Shown here: in pieces, positions 11,555 to 23,860 of the stretch
Position numbering within the stretch: position 1 is the first letter of the stretch
Layout: each line of letters opens with the position of its first letter
Assembly: GCF_963921235.1 (NCBI RefSeq)
Contig: NC_086097.1
Span: 68,326,001-68,390,000 of the forward strand
Source: Mobula hypostoma
Lineage: Eukaryota
Direction: 5' to 3'
Length of the DNA: 64,000 nt
Program-made: the position numbers and the translations under genes
Notes under the pieces: generated by a model
Told to the model about the DNA's origin: nothing
The model's database searches: none
What the model saw: only the letters and a program-made list of their open reading frames with translations

Positions 11555-14328
11555 GAATCATGGAATTGTAGAACATGGAAACAGGACATTTGGCCCTTCA
11601 TATCCATGCCAACCATCATGGACCCATTTATATTAATCCCAGCTTCCAACACTTGGCCCGTAACATTTTATTCCCAAGAAATTTAAGTGCCCATACTCTC
11701 GTAGGCAGTATATTCCAGGCACTAATCAGTCTCTGGGTGAAAAAGGTCACTGTTTAGATCCAATCTAATCTTTTATCCCTTACTGTCATCTAGTTTTATC
11801 TACTTCTAATACATCAAAATTTTTCCTGCGATCTACTCTATCTATACCCCCTCATAATTTTATATATCTCAATCATGTATCCTCTTAACGTCCTCCCGTT
11901 CTATGGAAAATAGATCTCGACTCTCCATTCTCTCTGCATAATTGAAACATTCCACCATATGCAATATCCTTGTGAATCTCCTCTGCAATCTCAGCAGTAC
12001 TGTCTTTTCTCTAGGCTGGTGGTAACAGAACTGCAATTAGTTCTTCAGATGAGATCTGACCAATGTTTTCTAAAATTGGACCATAACCTCCCTGCTCTTG
12101 TATTTAATTCCCTGACTAATGAAGGCTAGCATCCCATATCTCTTGTTAACCACATTATTGAATGTACTGTCACCGTCAAGGCTCTTTAAGCTTGAACACC
12201 ATGTCGGTCCCTTCCATATACGGCATCTGTCTAGCTTCAACAGTACTCCCAAGACACATCATCTCACATTTATCTGGACTAAAATCCATCTGTCATTTCT
12301 CAGCTCATATCACCATGTTGTCCCTGTACTCTCCATTATTCAAGTAGGGAACCAGGGATAATCCTGGAATCTATAGACCAGTGAGTCTCACATTAGTGGT
12401 AGGGAAATTACTGGAGTAAATTGGTAGCAATAGGATTTATGAGCATTTAGAATATAGTGGCCAAATTAGGGACAGCCATCATGACTTTTTGCAGAGATGT
12501 GTCTTCCTAACTTGATTGAGTATTTTGAGAAGATGCCAGGGGGGATTGATGAAGGTAGAGTTCTGGTTGTTGTCTACATGGATCTTAGTAAGGGGTTTGA
12601 CAAACTCCCTCATGGAAGGCTCATCAAGAAGCGTTAAGATGCATGGGATACATGGTAAGTTGGCCGTTTGGATTCTGAACTGGCTTGCCTATAGAAGACA
12701 GAGGGTAGTGGTCAAAGGGACTAATTCGCTGGAGGTCTGTGATTAGCAGTGTTCCACAGGGATCTGTACTGGGACCTCTGCCATTTATGAAGTATGTAAA
12801 TGACCTGGATGAAAATGTAGATTGGTTGGTTAGTAAGTTTACAGATAATACGAAGGTTGGTGGTGTTGTGGATAGCACAGAAGACTGAGAAAAGTCAGCA
12901 GGATAGAGATATGTTGCAGATATGGGTGGAGAAATGACAGATGGAGGTTAGCCGGCCAAATGAGAAGTGTTGCACTTTGGAAGGTCAAGTGTATAGAGAC
13001 AGCACACTGTTAAGAGAAAACCCCTAAAACTGTTGATGAGTACAGAGACCTTGGCGCTCCCTGAAAGTGATGACGCAGGTTGATCGGGTGTTTAAGGCGG
13101 CAAATGGCATGCTTGCCTTCATTAGTCGAGGCATTGAGTTCAAAAGTCAGGAAGTTATGTTGTAGCTTTATAAAACTCCAGTTGGGCTGCATCTGGGTTA
13201 TTGCATACAGTTCCAGTTGCCTCATTATAGGAAGGATGTCAAGGCTTTGAAGAGGGTGCAGAAGAGGTTTACCAGGATGCTGCCTAGATAGAGAGCATGT
13301 GCTATAATGGGAGGTTGTACAAACTTGAGTTGTTTTCTCTGGAGGGACAGAGGCTGAGGGGAGGTCTGATAGACATTTATATGATTATGAGAGGTGTATA
13401 TGGAGTAGACAGACAGTATCTTCTTCCTAGCATTGCAACACCTAATACCAGAGGGCATGCATTTAAGCTGAGAGAGGTACGTTCAAAGGAGATGTAAGGG
13501 GCAGGTTTATTTTGCACAGTAAGGGTGCCTGGAGTGCGCTGCCTGAGTTGGTGGTAGAGGCAAATATGTTAGGGGCATTTATGATACATTTAGATAGATA
13601 CATAAATGTGAAGGAAATGGAAGGATGTGGACATTGTGTAGGCAGAATGAATTAGTTTAGTTGGATATTCGATTACTAATTTAACTGGTTCAGCACAACA
13701 TTGTGGGCCGAGGGTCTGTTGTTTTGCTGGACTGTTCTGTGTTCTACCCACACCATCAACAACTTCACCAATATTTGTACCATCTGCAAATGCATAATGC
13801 CTCCAATACAAAGAGTAAGGGTTCCAGCAATGATCCCATGAAATGTCACTCATCACAGGCATCCAATCACAAAAATATCCCACCACCATTATCATCTGTC
13901 TACTACGACCAAGCCAATTTTGGATCCAATTTACCAACTTACTCTGGATCCCAAGGGACCTAGACTCTTGGATGAGTCTTTCATTTGGGTCCATGCTCAG
14001 AACGCTATTAAAGTCCATATAAACCTCATCATTACACTTTGTTAACGCTGCCAAAATAAATAAATAAATAAATAAATCCATTTAGCTTGGTCACACTGGA
14101 CCTATCCTTGACAACATCAGTCTGCCTATCTCTGATTAGTCACAGCTTTCCCAGTGATCAATAATCAAGTCCCTCTGGATCTTTCCAATAACTTCCCTAC
14201 TATTGATGTTAGGCTCTCAAGTCTATAATTACCAGGCTTTTAACTGCTATCCTTCTTGAAAAGAGGGACCAGATCTGCCATCCTCCAGTCACCTATAGAC
14301 GAAAAAATCTCAGAGCCCCAGTAATCTT
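11555..14328 (-). mobile_element. Old CR1 LINE, interrupted by a younger plus-strand CR1
   Basis: YGMLAFISQGIKYKSREVM, VYMDFNS...NWIQNWL and FADGTNIG fragments. Tail at ~11555. Confidence 0.8.
12340..13745 (+). mobile_element. CR1 LINE, 5'-truncated and degenerate
   Basis: YRPVSLT, VYMDLSKGFDK, FTDNTKVGG and LELFSLEGQRLRGGLI motifs. Tail ctgttctgtgttcta. Confidence 0.9.
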
Positions 14329-16327
14329 AAGTGTCTCCTCAAAAAACAACTCTATATCAATTAGAGAAATGCCAGTTCCATATCATTTCTTGCCTAGGTT
14401 ACATAATTTCACCTCAAGGCATAACTGTAGACCTAGGAAAAGTGCATGCAGTGGTTGAATGGCCCTGACTGTGCTCACTCAAACAGTTACAACACCTCTT
14501 GGGCTTCTCCATCTTCTACCACCATTTCATGAGAAACTACAGCCATTCTCAGCTCCCTCACCAAGTCACCTACCTCACAGATAACCTGGTCTGCTGCTGC
14601 AGACCACACTTTTGAGGAGCTCTTCACCTCTGCTCCTATTCTCCACCATCCAAATCCACCTGGATCTTTCATGGTAGAGATAGACCCATCTGATTTGGGC
14701 ACTGGGGCCATCCTCTCCTAGCAAGGGCCGAACAGAAAGACACACCCTTGTACTGCCTTCTTGCGCAAGTTTAACTCTACACAGCAACATTATAGAATAG
14801 GAGACAGGGAGCTACATGCCATTAAATGGGCCTTGGATGAATGGGGACATTAGCTGATGGGAAATACTAAGCCTTTCCTGATGTGGACTGGCAATCAGAA
14901 CCTCATATCCATCCATTCAACAATCCCACCATCTCAACCCACATCAGGCTTGCTGGGCCTCTTCTTTGAGCAATTCAACTTCACTATCTCCTACCAGCCT
15001 GGCTCCAACAGCACTGAGGTGGATCCCTGTCACGACAGTTTGACCCAGTTGAAATGGAGATCAACCCTCAGCCCATCATTTCATCCTCCCAGATCCTTGT
15101 CTGGGACCTTGAGAACCAAATCTGCTATGTCCTACAGTACAAGCTTGCTTCAGCTGACAACTGCACGTAGGTGTGTGCTATAAAGCACTCCAGTGGGCCC
15201 ACTTCTCAACCCTCTCTGGCCATCCAGGCACATGACGGACCCTACATTTTCTGTAATGCTGGTTCAGGTGACCCACCATGATCACAGATGTATGTCAACG
15301 GTCCTCTTGGCTACTATGGCACCTGCTGGTCCCTCAACGACTGTGGTCCCACATTGCTATGGATTTTGTCATTGGTTTGCCATATTCCGATGGAGCTACA
15401 ATGATCATGACAGTAGTGGACTGGTTCTCCCAAGGCAGTCGACTTCATTGCTCTCCCCATATCTCCTTCATTTTGTTGACCCGTGGCCAACAATTTGTCT
15501 ATCGCTTCTAGTGAGCCCTCTGCTTCCTGCTCTGCACTTCAGTGAGTTTGTCCTCTGGCTACCATCTGCAGACTAACGGTCAATCAGAAAGAGCCAATCA
15601 GCAAGTGAGAAGCTAGTGCAATGCTTCACTGTCTCTAACCCTTCCACATGGACGAAGTATCTGCTCTGGACTGAACTGTCCCACAATCTACACACCCCCT
15701 CTGCCACAAGTATGTCCCCCTTTGAAGCACTCCATGGCCACCAACCCCCTGTTTTCTCCCCACAGAGGAGCCAACAATGGAAGACCAGTCTTCTAGGGCC
15801 CTGGTTCACCGGTGTTGGACAGCATGGCGGGCCATCCGAGCTGTCACTGCACCTACCGTTGCCAGGCTAAGCACCGTCAGCACCTTGCCTGATTACTCTG
15901 GTCAGGGGACCACGTCTGGCTGTCCACCCGAGGATCTGCCCCTGCACACCGATACTGGCAAACTCTCCCGACTGTTCATTAGTCTCTTTAAGATTACCCA
16001 TCGCATCAACCCAGGCACTTACCGTCTCCAGCTGCCACCGTCCCTTAGGATCACATCTGCCCTCCACATGCCCTGTCTCAAGCCCATTGTCCAGGGACCA
16101 CTCAATCCAGCTGAGCCTGCACCTCCAGATCCAAGGAATGTAGAAGATGATCCAGTGTAGACGGCTCGCCAGTCGACGAATTCATGTTGTTGTAGATGGG
16201 GTATGCAGTACCTGGTTAACTGGGAAAGATACAACCCGGAGGAGAGGTCTTGGGTGCCTCCAGTTTCATTGTGGATCCATCGCTCATCAAAGAGTTCCAC
16301 TGGCTGTGGGTGTTGGGGGAGGGAGCC
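14329..16327 (+). mobile_element. Chromodomain (Sushi-like) Gypsy pol remnant: RT end, RNase H, integrase, chromodomain
   Basis: [52 protein letters not shown] and QYLVNWERYNPEERSWV. Polypurine tract at 16313-16327. Confidence 0.9.
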
Positions 16328-16660
16328 TGTCAGGGCTGCACATATGCAGGTACATCCCAGTCTCCTTCCAGCTAACAGGATTCACCTGCCACTTGTTCCC
16401 AAATCATCACCTGCAGCCCATTTGATCTCAACTCCCACCCCCAATCTTTGTTCACACAAATGAACCAGCCAATCACAACCAGTTGTTCCTGGCCATCAGT
16501 TTCTATGTTGCCTTGTCGTGCTAAGTATCTGTTCTTCTTTACTTTATAGCCGGCCCCTCATGACTTGTTATTTTGCAGTTTATCATTTAAGTTGTCGCTC
16601 ACTGTTTAATCGTCTCTGCTGCTCTGTATTTGAGTCAAGCCTCCTCTACATTTCCTGACA
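16328..16660 (+). repeat. Gypsy 3' LTR
   Basis: TGTCAGG...CCTGACA termini. Follows the PPT. Homologous to 17608-17935 in inverted orientation. Confidence 0.9.
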
Positions 16661-16892
16661 GTTCTATGCCTTAGAAGGTTTAGAGATGAATAAAACTCCA
16701 TTGCGAGATGAGGTTTATCCTAGGAGACAGGGGAAGAGATTACTGGGGCTCTGAGAATTTTTCATCTCTACTGAAAACAGCCACCAGATTTGCCATCCTC
16801 CAGTCACCTATTACCTCAATTCTAGCCAGTAGAGATATATTGGATAGTAATGAACAGGCACTCATAGTACTTTAAATTTCTGTTGATTAAAT

Positions 16893-16990
16893 CAGTGGTC
16901 CCCAACCTCCAGGCTGCGGACCAATACCGATCCGCGAAGAATGCAGTGGTGCAGCGGTATCTGGAGTGCACCCAGCATATCTTTAAGAGG
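16893..16990 (+). mobile_element. Single end of a hAT (Charlie-like) non-autonomous element
   Basis: Starts CAGTGGTCCCCAACC, a typical hAT/Charlie terminus. No partner TIR seen. Confidence 0.6.
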
Positions 16991-17935
16991 TCAGTGGGCA
17001 TCCCCGGGTAGACAGCTTATCTTTCAAGCACTCCAAGAGCCGTGATGGTAATATGCCAGAAGTACTTCTACATTCTATCCACCCTCAGCCTCGAGGGTCC
17101 TGAATTCCGCAATGTAATCCAGCACCGACCATAAGCCTTGATGCAAGCGAAGTATCCGATAAGCTGCCTCCAATCCACTTCCTGGATGGTTGAAAATCCG
17201 AGGCATCTCAGTGGTAAAAACCTTCATATTTATTGCAAATGGTGGTTTCGCTGTCGCAGTTAGCAGCAGCCCAGGTGAGAGCTCGCCCAGCCAAGAGAGA
17301 AATGACGAAGGCAATTTTGGCTTGGTCCGTAACATACAGAGAAGGCTAGATCTCGAAGTGTAAGATGGAATGGGACAAGAAGTTGCGGTATCGAGTTGGG
17401 GATCTGTCATTGTGTTAGGGCACCGGAATCCAGGGCTGAGGGTGGAGATCGGCTGTCACAGGGTTGCTGTATTGAGATGGAGAGTTGGAAGAGCGTGGCA
17501 AGCAGATGTTCAGTGGCTTTCTGCTGGTTCAGAACCTGTGTCCCTGTCAACAGATGACTCCTTCAGGCAAGCATACTCTGCTGGGTCAATTGTTCATTCA
17601 CAGATCCTGTCAGGAAACGTGAAGAATGCTTGACGCAAACACAGAACAGTGGAGACAATTAAGCAGTGAGTAATAACCTTAATAAAAAAAACTGCAAAAT
17701 AACAAGCCACAAGGGGCTATAAAGCAAGAGAGAACTGATACTCAACAGAACAAGACAATAAGATAACAGACGATCAGGAGCAACTGGTTGACACTGGCTG
17801 GTTCATATGGATGTCAAGGCTTGTGGATGAGAGCTGGGTTTAAATAGGCTGGAGGTGATTATTTGGAAATGAGTGGCAGGTGACTCCTGTTAGCTGGGTG
17901 GAAACTGGGAAGTGCTCATCTGTGCAGGCCTAACA
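16990..17935 (-). mobile_element. Gypsy 5' LTR (17608-17935) plus gag remnant
   Basis: ILRLHQGLWSVLDYIAEFRTLEAE gag motif. LTR homologous to 16328-16660. Confidence 0.85.
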
Positions 17936-17999
17936 AGAATATCTCCTTTTATTTATGGAGACTGACACCAGAATTTAAATTACACATTTAAAGGACTTC

Positions 18000-18700
18000 A
18001 ACCTATATCATCTGGATCCAGCTGAACCTCTTCTGCATTCTCTCCAAATCCTTCCTGTAATGCGACGATAATATTCCAAATGTGGTATATATCTGCAACA
18101 CAACCTTCCCATGAAGGGAAGTATGCAGTATGTTCTTTACCTTATTCACTTGTGTTGTCATTTCTATGGAGCAATGGACTTGCACCACAAGATCCTTCTG
18201 CATATCAATGCTACCACATTTCCTCCCATTTATTATGTACTTTCCTCTTGCATGCAACCTCCTTCTGCCATTTATCCACCCAAATTTCCATCTGATCTAC
18301 ATTCCGCTATTTCTTTTGATATCAACTTCACCAACTATAATTATACCAATTTTAGTAGTACCTGAAAATTTACTAATCAGACTACAGTATCTACAAGTTT
18401 TGTCCAAATTAGTAATGTACATTGCAACTACAGAAATCCCAGCATGGAGATACGCCACATGTTACCCTCCTCCAGTCAGAACACCCTTCCAAAACTACCC
18501 TCTCCCTTCTATGACCAAGCCAATTTTGAATCTAATCTACCTAGTCACCTTGTATCCTATGTTACTTAACCGTCTAGATCAGCCTTCTATTAGAGACGTT
18601 GTCCAATTCTTTACTGAAATCCATGTAGATCCTGAGGCATCCACTGTGCTACCATCATTAATCATCTTCATTACCTCCCCGAAAAACACAATTAACTTTG
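18000..18700 (-). mobile_element. Old CR1 LINE fragment
   Basis: QKDLVVQVHCS, LERMQKRF and FFGEVMKMINDGSTVD motifs. Confidence 0.7.
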
Positions 18701-19074
18701 TGGGACATGATACGTTGCTACCCGTAGTGGTCTCCAATCCAGCACTGCCACTGACTTTGTGGTACGTGAGCAAATGTTCATCAATGAAGTTGACTTTGAC
18801 TCCATTGGCAATGGTGGCTCAGAAAAATAGGATCCTGTTCAATATTCATATAGATATTTTCATAAATAATTGAGGAGATTTTCCCATTCAAGAAAGCATT
18901 TCGGAGTGCAACAATGAGACATAGTGGATAGGAATGAACAGGCACCCATAGTAGTTTAAATTTCTGTTGATTAAATTATGGACAGTACATTGTACAGTTT
19001 CATTATGGGTTCATCACCATTACATCCTTTTACTTCCTACAAGGAACTAATATTATAAGAAATCACTTACCACT

Positions 19075-20655
19075 TTACAAGGCAAAATCTAACATCATAC
19101 ATGGCTGTGATGCTTCACTCCCGGATGAGATGAACACATTTTATGCACGCTTTGAAGGAGATTAAAATCATACCTGTGTGAATTCCTAGTGACCCTGTGA
19201 TATCTGTCTTAAAGGGTGAATGATTGCAAGGCAACCGGCCCCAATTATGTAGTTGGCAGGGCACTGAAACCCTGTGCCAGCCTACTGGCTTGACTTTTCA
19301 AAGACATCTTCAATCTCTCACTGTTGCAGTTGGAGATTCCCACCTGCTTCAAATGGGCATCAATCATACTAGTGACCAATAAGAGCAGGGTGAGCTGTCT
19401 CAATGAGGATCACCCAATAGAACTCAGACCTACTGTGACGAAGTGCTTTAAGAGGTTGGTTGTAGCTAGAATTAACTCCTGCCTCAGGACGGACCTGGAC
19501 CCACTGTAATTTACCTGTCATCACATAGCTCTACAGTGGCTGCAATCCCACTGGCTCTCCACTTGGCCTTTGACAACCTGGACAACAGTAATACCTATCA
19601 AGCTGTTGTTTATTGATTACAACTCAGCATTCAAAACCATCAGCCCCACAGTACTAATCAACAAGCTTCAAAACCTGGGCCTCTGTACCTCCCTTTTCAA
19701 CTGGATCCTTGATTTCCTCATTGGGAGACCAGAGTCAGTCTGCTCTCTCCACCTTGCTGACAACCAACACAGGCGCATTTTGCATGCATAGCCTGCTGCT
19801 CTACTCTTTCTAAACTTATGACTATGTGGCTGGGTATGGTTCTAACACCATCTATAAATTCACCAATGGCACAATTGTTGTTGACAGAATCTCAGATGGT
19901 GATGAGGAGGTGTACAGGAGTGAGACAGAATGTCTGTTTGAGTGGTGTCACAACAAGCTTTCCCTCAACCTCAGCAAGACTGAGGAACTGACTGCAGACT
20001 TCAGGAAGGGGAAGTTAAGAGAACACAGCCCTTATCGAGGGGTCAGCAGTGAAACGGGTGAGTAGCTTCAAGTTCCTGGTGTCAACATTTGTGAAGATCT
20101 ATCCTGGGCCCAACATATTGATGCAATTATGAAGAACATATGCTAGCGGATATCTCTCATGAGGAATTTGAGGAGAGTTGGTATATCACCAAAGACACGA
20201 ACAGAATTCTACAGATGTACTGTGGAGCGCATTCTGACTGGTTACATCACCATGTGGTATGGAGACGTTAATGCAGAGGATCTGAAAAAACTGCAGAGGG
20301 TTGTAAACTCAGGCAGCTCCATCATGGGCAGTAGCCTCCCCACCATCGAGGACATCTTCAACAGACGATGCCTCAAGAAGGTGGCATCCATCACTAAGGA
20401 CTCTCACCATCCAAGACATACCCTCTTCTCATTGCTACCATCAGAGAGGAGGTACGGAGGCCTGTAGGCACACACTCAATGTTCTCGGAATAGCTTCTTC
20501 CCTTCCACCATCAGATTTCTGAATGGAACATAAACTCATCAACTCACTTTTTACTCTCCTTTGGCACCACTTATTTATTTTTTATATGTTTCTTATTTTA
20601 CTTTATGGTAATATTTCTATTTTGCACTATACTGCTACCACAAAACAACACAACA
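19075..20655 (+). mobile_element. Rex1/Babar LINE, degenerate
   Basis: [25 protein letters not shown] and FYRCTVERILTGYITMWYG motifs. Confidence 0.9.
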
Positions 20656-20659
20656 TAGG

Positions 20660-22270
20660 TTCAAAGTTCAAAGTACGAAGTAAATATATTATCAAACTGC
20701 ATGTAGGTATAATCACCATATAACACCCTGAGATTAATTTTCTTGCAGGCATTCACAGTAAATAGAAGTCTAACCCTCTCACACAAGCTTTCTCAGATTG
20801 GGAGTATTCATTCCCACAAGAACAGAAACTTCACCCTTTTCAACCTGATTCATCTGGGGTCTCTTCAAAGGGTCTTGGCCTGAAACGTTGACTGTACTTT
20901 TTTTCATAGATGCTGCCTGGCCTGCTGAGTTCCTTCAGTATTTTGTGTGTGTTGCTTGGATGTCCAGCATCTGCAGATTTTTTCTTGTTTGTATTGCCCG
21001 TCACAAATCTCTCTCCGCCCCGGTCTTGCTAGAATCTTCTCCCGATCCCACCATCCCGATCGGCTGGCACAACATTCCTAAGTTGAGCAACATGGCTTCT
21101 TATCTTTAGCCAAAAACAAAACATTCTTCAGGCAGGACACACTGCTTTTGCAGAAAACTGCTAAAATGAAATACCTACAACACAGCAGTAGAAATCTTAA
21201 CAGGGTATTACAGAAAGAAACACAACAGAATCAATGAAAAAACCACACACGACAGAGATGGACAAACACCAATGTGCAAAAGACAACAAACTGTGCAAAT
21301 ACGAAAATTTAAGAATAAATAAATAAATTGATAAGCAGTAAGTATCAAGAACACGAGTTGTAGAGTCCTTGAGAATGAGTCCATAGGTTGTGGAAGCAAG
21401 AGCCTGATGATTGAGGCTCCTAAATGTGGTGGTGTGTGACTTGAGGCTCCTTACCTGCTTCCTGATGGCACCAGTGAGAAGTGAGCATAGCCTAGATAGT
21501 GGGTGTCCTTGATGATAGATGCTGCTTTCCAGCAACAGTGCTCCTTATAAATGTTCTCAATGGTGGGGAAGGCTTTACCAGTGCTGGTCTGGGCCATAAC
21601 CCCTACTTTTTGTAGTTGTTTTTCCATTCAAGGACATTGGTGTTTCCATACCAAGCTGTGATGCAACCAGTTGGTATACTCTCCACTGCGTATCTACAGA
21701 CATTTGTCAAAATTTTAGATCATGTACCAAATCTGTGCAAACCTCAGAAAGTAGAGGTACTGGTTTGCCTTCATTGTAATGCCAGTTACATGCTGGGCCC
21801 AGGACAGATCCTATGAAATGATAATACTGAGGAATTTAAAGTTGCTGACCCTCTCCACCTCTGATTCCCTGATGAGGACTGGCCTATGGACCACCAGTTT
21901 CTTCCACCTATAGTCAATAAGCAGCTTTTTGACTTTGCTGACATTGAGTGAGAGGTGGTTGTTGTTGTGGCACCATTCAGCCACGTTCTCAATCTCCTTC
22001 CTATATGCTGCTTCATCGCTAGCTTTGCTTTGGCCAACAGTGGTGTCATCAGCAAACAAATATGGCATTGGAGCTGTGCTTAGCCTCACAGTCATAAGTG
22101 TAAGGCGAGTAGAGCAGGGGATGAAGCACACAGCCATGTGGTGCACCTGTGCTGATGGCGATTTGGAGGAGATGTTGCCAATCAGAACTGACTAGAGTCT
22201 ACAAGTGAGGATATTGAGGATCTAGCTGCACAAGGAGGTACTGAGGACTAGGTCTTGGAGCATTGATTTC
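20660..22270 (-). mobile_element. Rex1/Babar LINE 3' part, with an insertion at ~20770-21200 in its 3' UTR
   Basis: FADDTTVG..EWCHNNN.LSLNVSK. Tail (TTTGAAC)n on minus at ~20660. Confidence 0.85.
20866..20992 (+). repeat. Penelope 3' tail fragment with a truncated hammerhead
   Basis: aagggtcttggcctgaaacgttgactg...gatgctgcctggcctgctgagttcc...cagcatctgcag. The CTGANGA box is absent. Confidence 0.8.
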
Positions 22271-22941
22271 TTTTTAGGGTCAGTGATAATAAACTTGATT
22301 TTGATTCTACATCAAACTTGTAAATATTTTTATTTGACTATTTTTAAAATGTACACTCGCATTCATTGAATACCCTTGTTAAATTATTAAAAATCTGGAG
22401 CACTAAATATTTAGCAAATGGTTTGCTTTCTAGTATATAGATATTTATAAATGCAATATATACAGTATGTCCATTAATACAGACAAACTTGAAAAGGTGT
22501 TTCTAACTATTGTCAAACAAAATGCATCATCTCTCAACAAGGACTTTTGCACACAAGTACTGTACCTATTAATGTGGAGCGGAGAGTGAATTTATAAATC
22601 TGGCATGAGCAAAGGGTGTTGGGTTGGCAAGGGTGGAGCGCCGCGGGAGGGATATGGAACAGGTGGCAGAAAAGGAATGCCAAGGGGGAGGGTAGCCCAG
22701 GTGCAGACACAACCAGCCCTGAGACATCAGGGAAGGTCATTTGATTCTGAACAATTGGTTTATTGATCATTACAGAAAGTCTCTGTGGTGCTTCCCACTC
22801 CCTCCCGTCTCCCTTCCCCTTTTCCCAACCATGATTTTCCTCTCTCTACCGCCTTCCCACTCTCAGTCCACAACAGAGATCCATATCAGAATCTCATATG
22901 TGCCATAAAATTTGTGGGGTTTTTTTGCAGAAGCAGTACAG

Positions 22942-23538
22942 GTTGTCAAGCCGAGGAGTGGTAGTGGGGACAAGCTTCCACTACCTAAAAGTAGTCCTCA
23001 CGGCATGCACCTCAAATAGCCTCTGACAACCAGGTCCAACTCCTGGCCTTCTCATGTGGCTTAGCCTCTAAGCCCAGCGGAACTGTTTCTACTGACAGGA
23101 GAAGGGGCGAAGATGGGTCCTGGCACTTTAAAACCAGTGCTTCGGGTAGATGGAGCTCGTCAGCCTGGGAAGGCAGTCCATCTAAGAGAGGGGAAACTCT
23201 GATTTCAAACCTCCGCTGCCTTGTGGCCATACCAACTCATGGGAAAGGCTACAGGAGTAAACCCTGGGGACATATCCAGAGCTGGAGTCCCTAAGGCAGT
23301 CCGACGTTGCTTTCAGCCTCGCCCTGGCAACTCCTGTGAAGTCACTGGTGCCAAGCTGTATCGGCCCTTGCCCTTCCCTTGGACAACATCGGTGGCGTGG
23401 AGAAGGAAGACTTGCTGCTTGGGCAACTGCCGGTCTTCCATACAACTTTGCCCAGGCCTGCGCACTGGAGAAACTGAAGCAAGACTTTCCAGGTGCAGAT
23501 CCATGGTCTCACGAGACTAATGGATGCCATCATCATCT
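22942..23538 (+). mobile_element. Non-autonomous RTE-derived retroposon (5' UTR plus 3' tail, no ORF)
   Basis: RTE-like 5' UTR motif (gcagtccatctaagagaggggaaactctgatttcaaacc), gatccatgg..tcacg 3' end, (CAT)n tail, and TSD G(C/T)AGTACAG (22933-22941, 23539-23547). Confidence 0.7.
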
Positions 23539-23565
23539 GTAGTACAGTGTAATACATAAAATTAC

Positions 23566-23860
23566 TACAGTACGGGTGGTGGCTGTGTGGAACGAGCTGC
23601 CAGCAGAAGTGGTTGAGGCAGGTTTGATGTTGTCGTTAAAAGTTAAATTGGGTAGATATATGGACAGGAAAGGATGGAGGGTTATGGGCTGAGTGCAGGT
23701 CGGTGGGACTAGGTGAGAGTAAGAGTTTGGCACAGACTAGAAGGGCCGAGATGGCCTGTTTCCGTGCTGTAATTGTTATATGGTTATCTAGTTATACTGT
23801 GCAAAAGTCTTAGGCACCTTAGCTATAAATATGTGCCGAAGACTTTTGTACAATACTGTA
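23566..23860. mobile_element. Tc1/mariner-like miniature palindromic element, split by the CR1 fragment
   Basis: Inverted arms TACAGTAC|TGTGCAAAAGTCTTAGGCAC and GTGCCGAAGACTTTTGTACAATACTGTA with TA ends. A related half lies at ~22540-22562. Confidence 0.6.
23574..23794 (+). mobile_element. CR1 3' end fragment inserted in the left TIR of a small palindromic element
   Basis: gtggtggctgtgtggaacgagctgccag (VVAVWNELP) through to the gggccgagatggcctgtttccgtgctgt tail. Confidence 0.85.

Noticed and set aside
18130..18873. 247-aa hydrophobic ORF on plus
   Set aside because: It is largely antisense to a decayed CR1 and shows no recognisable domain.
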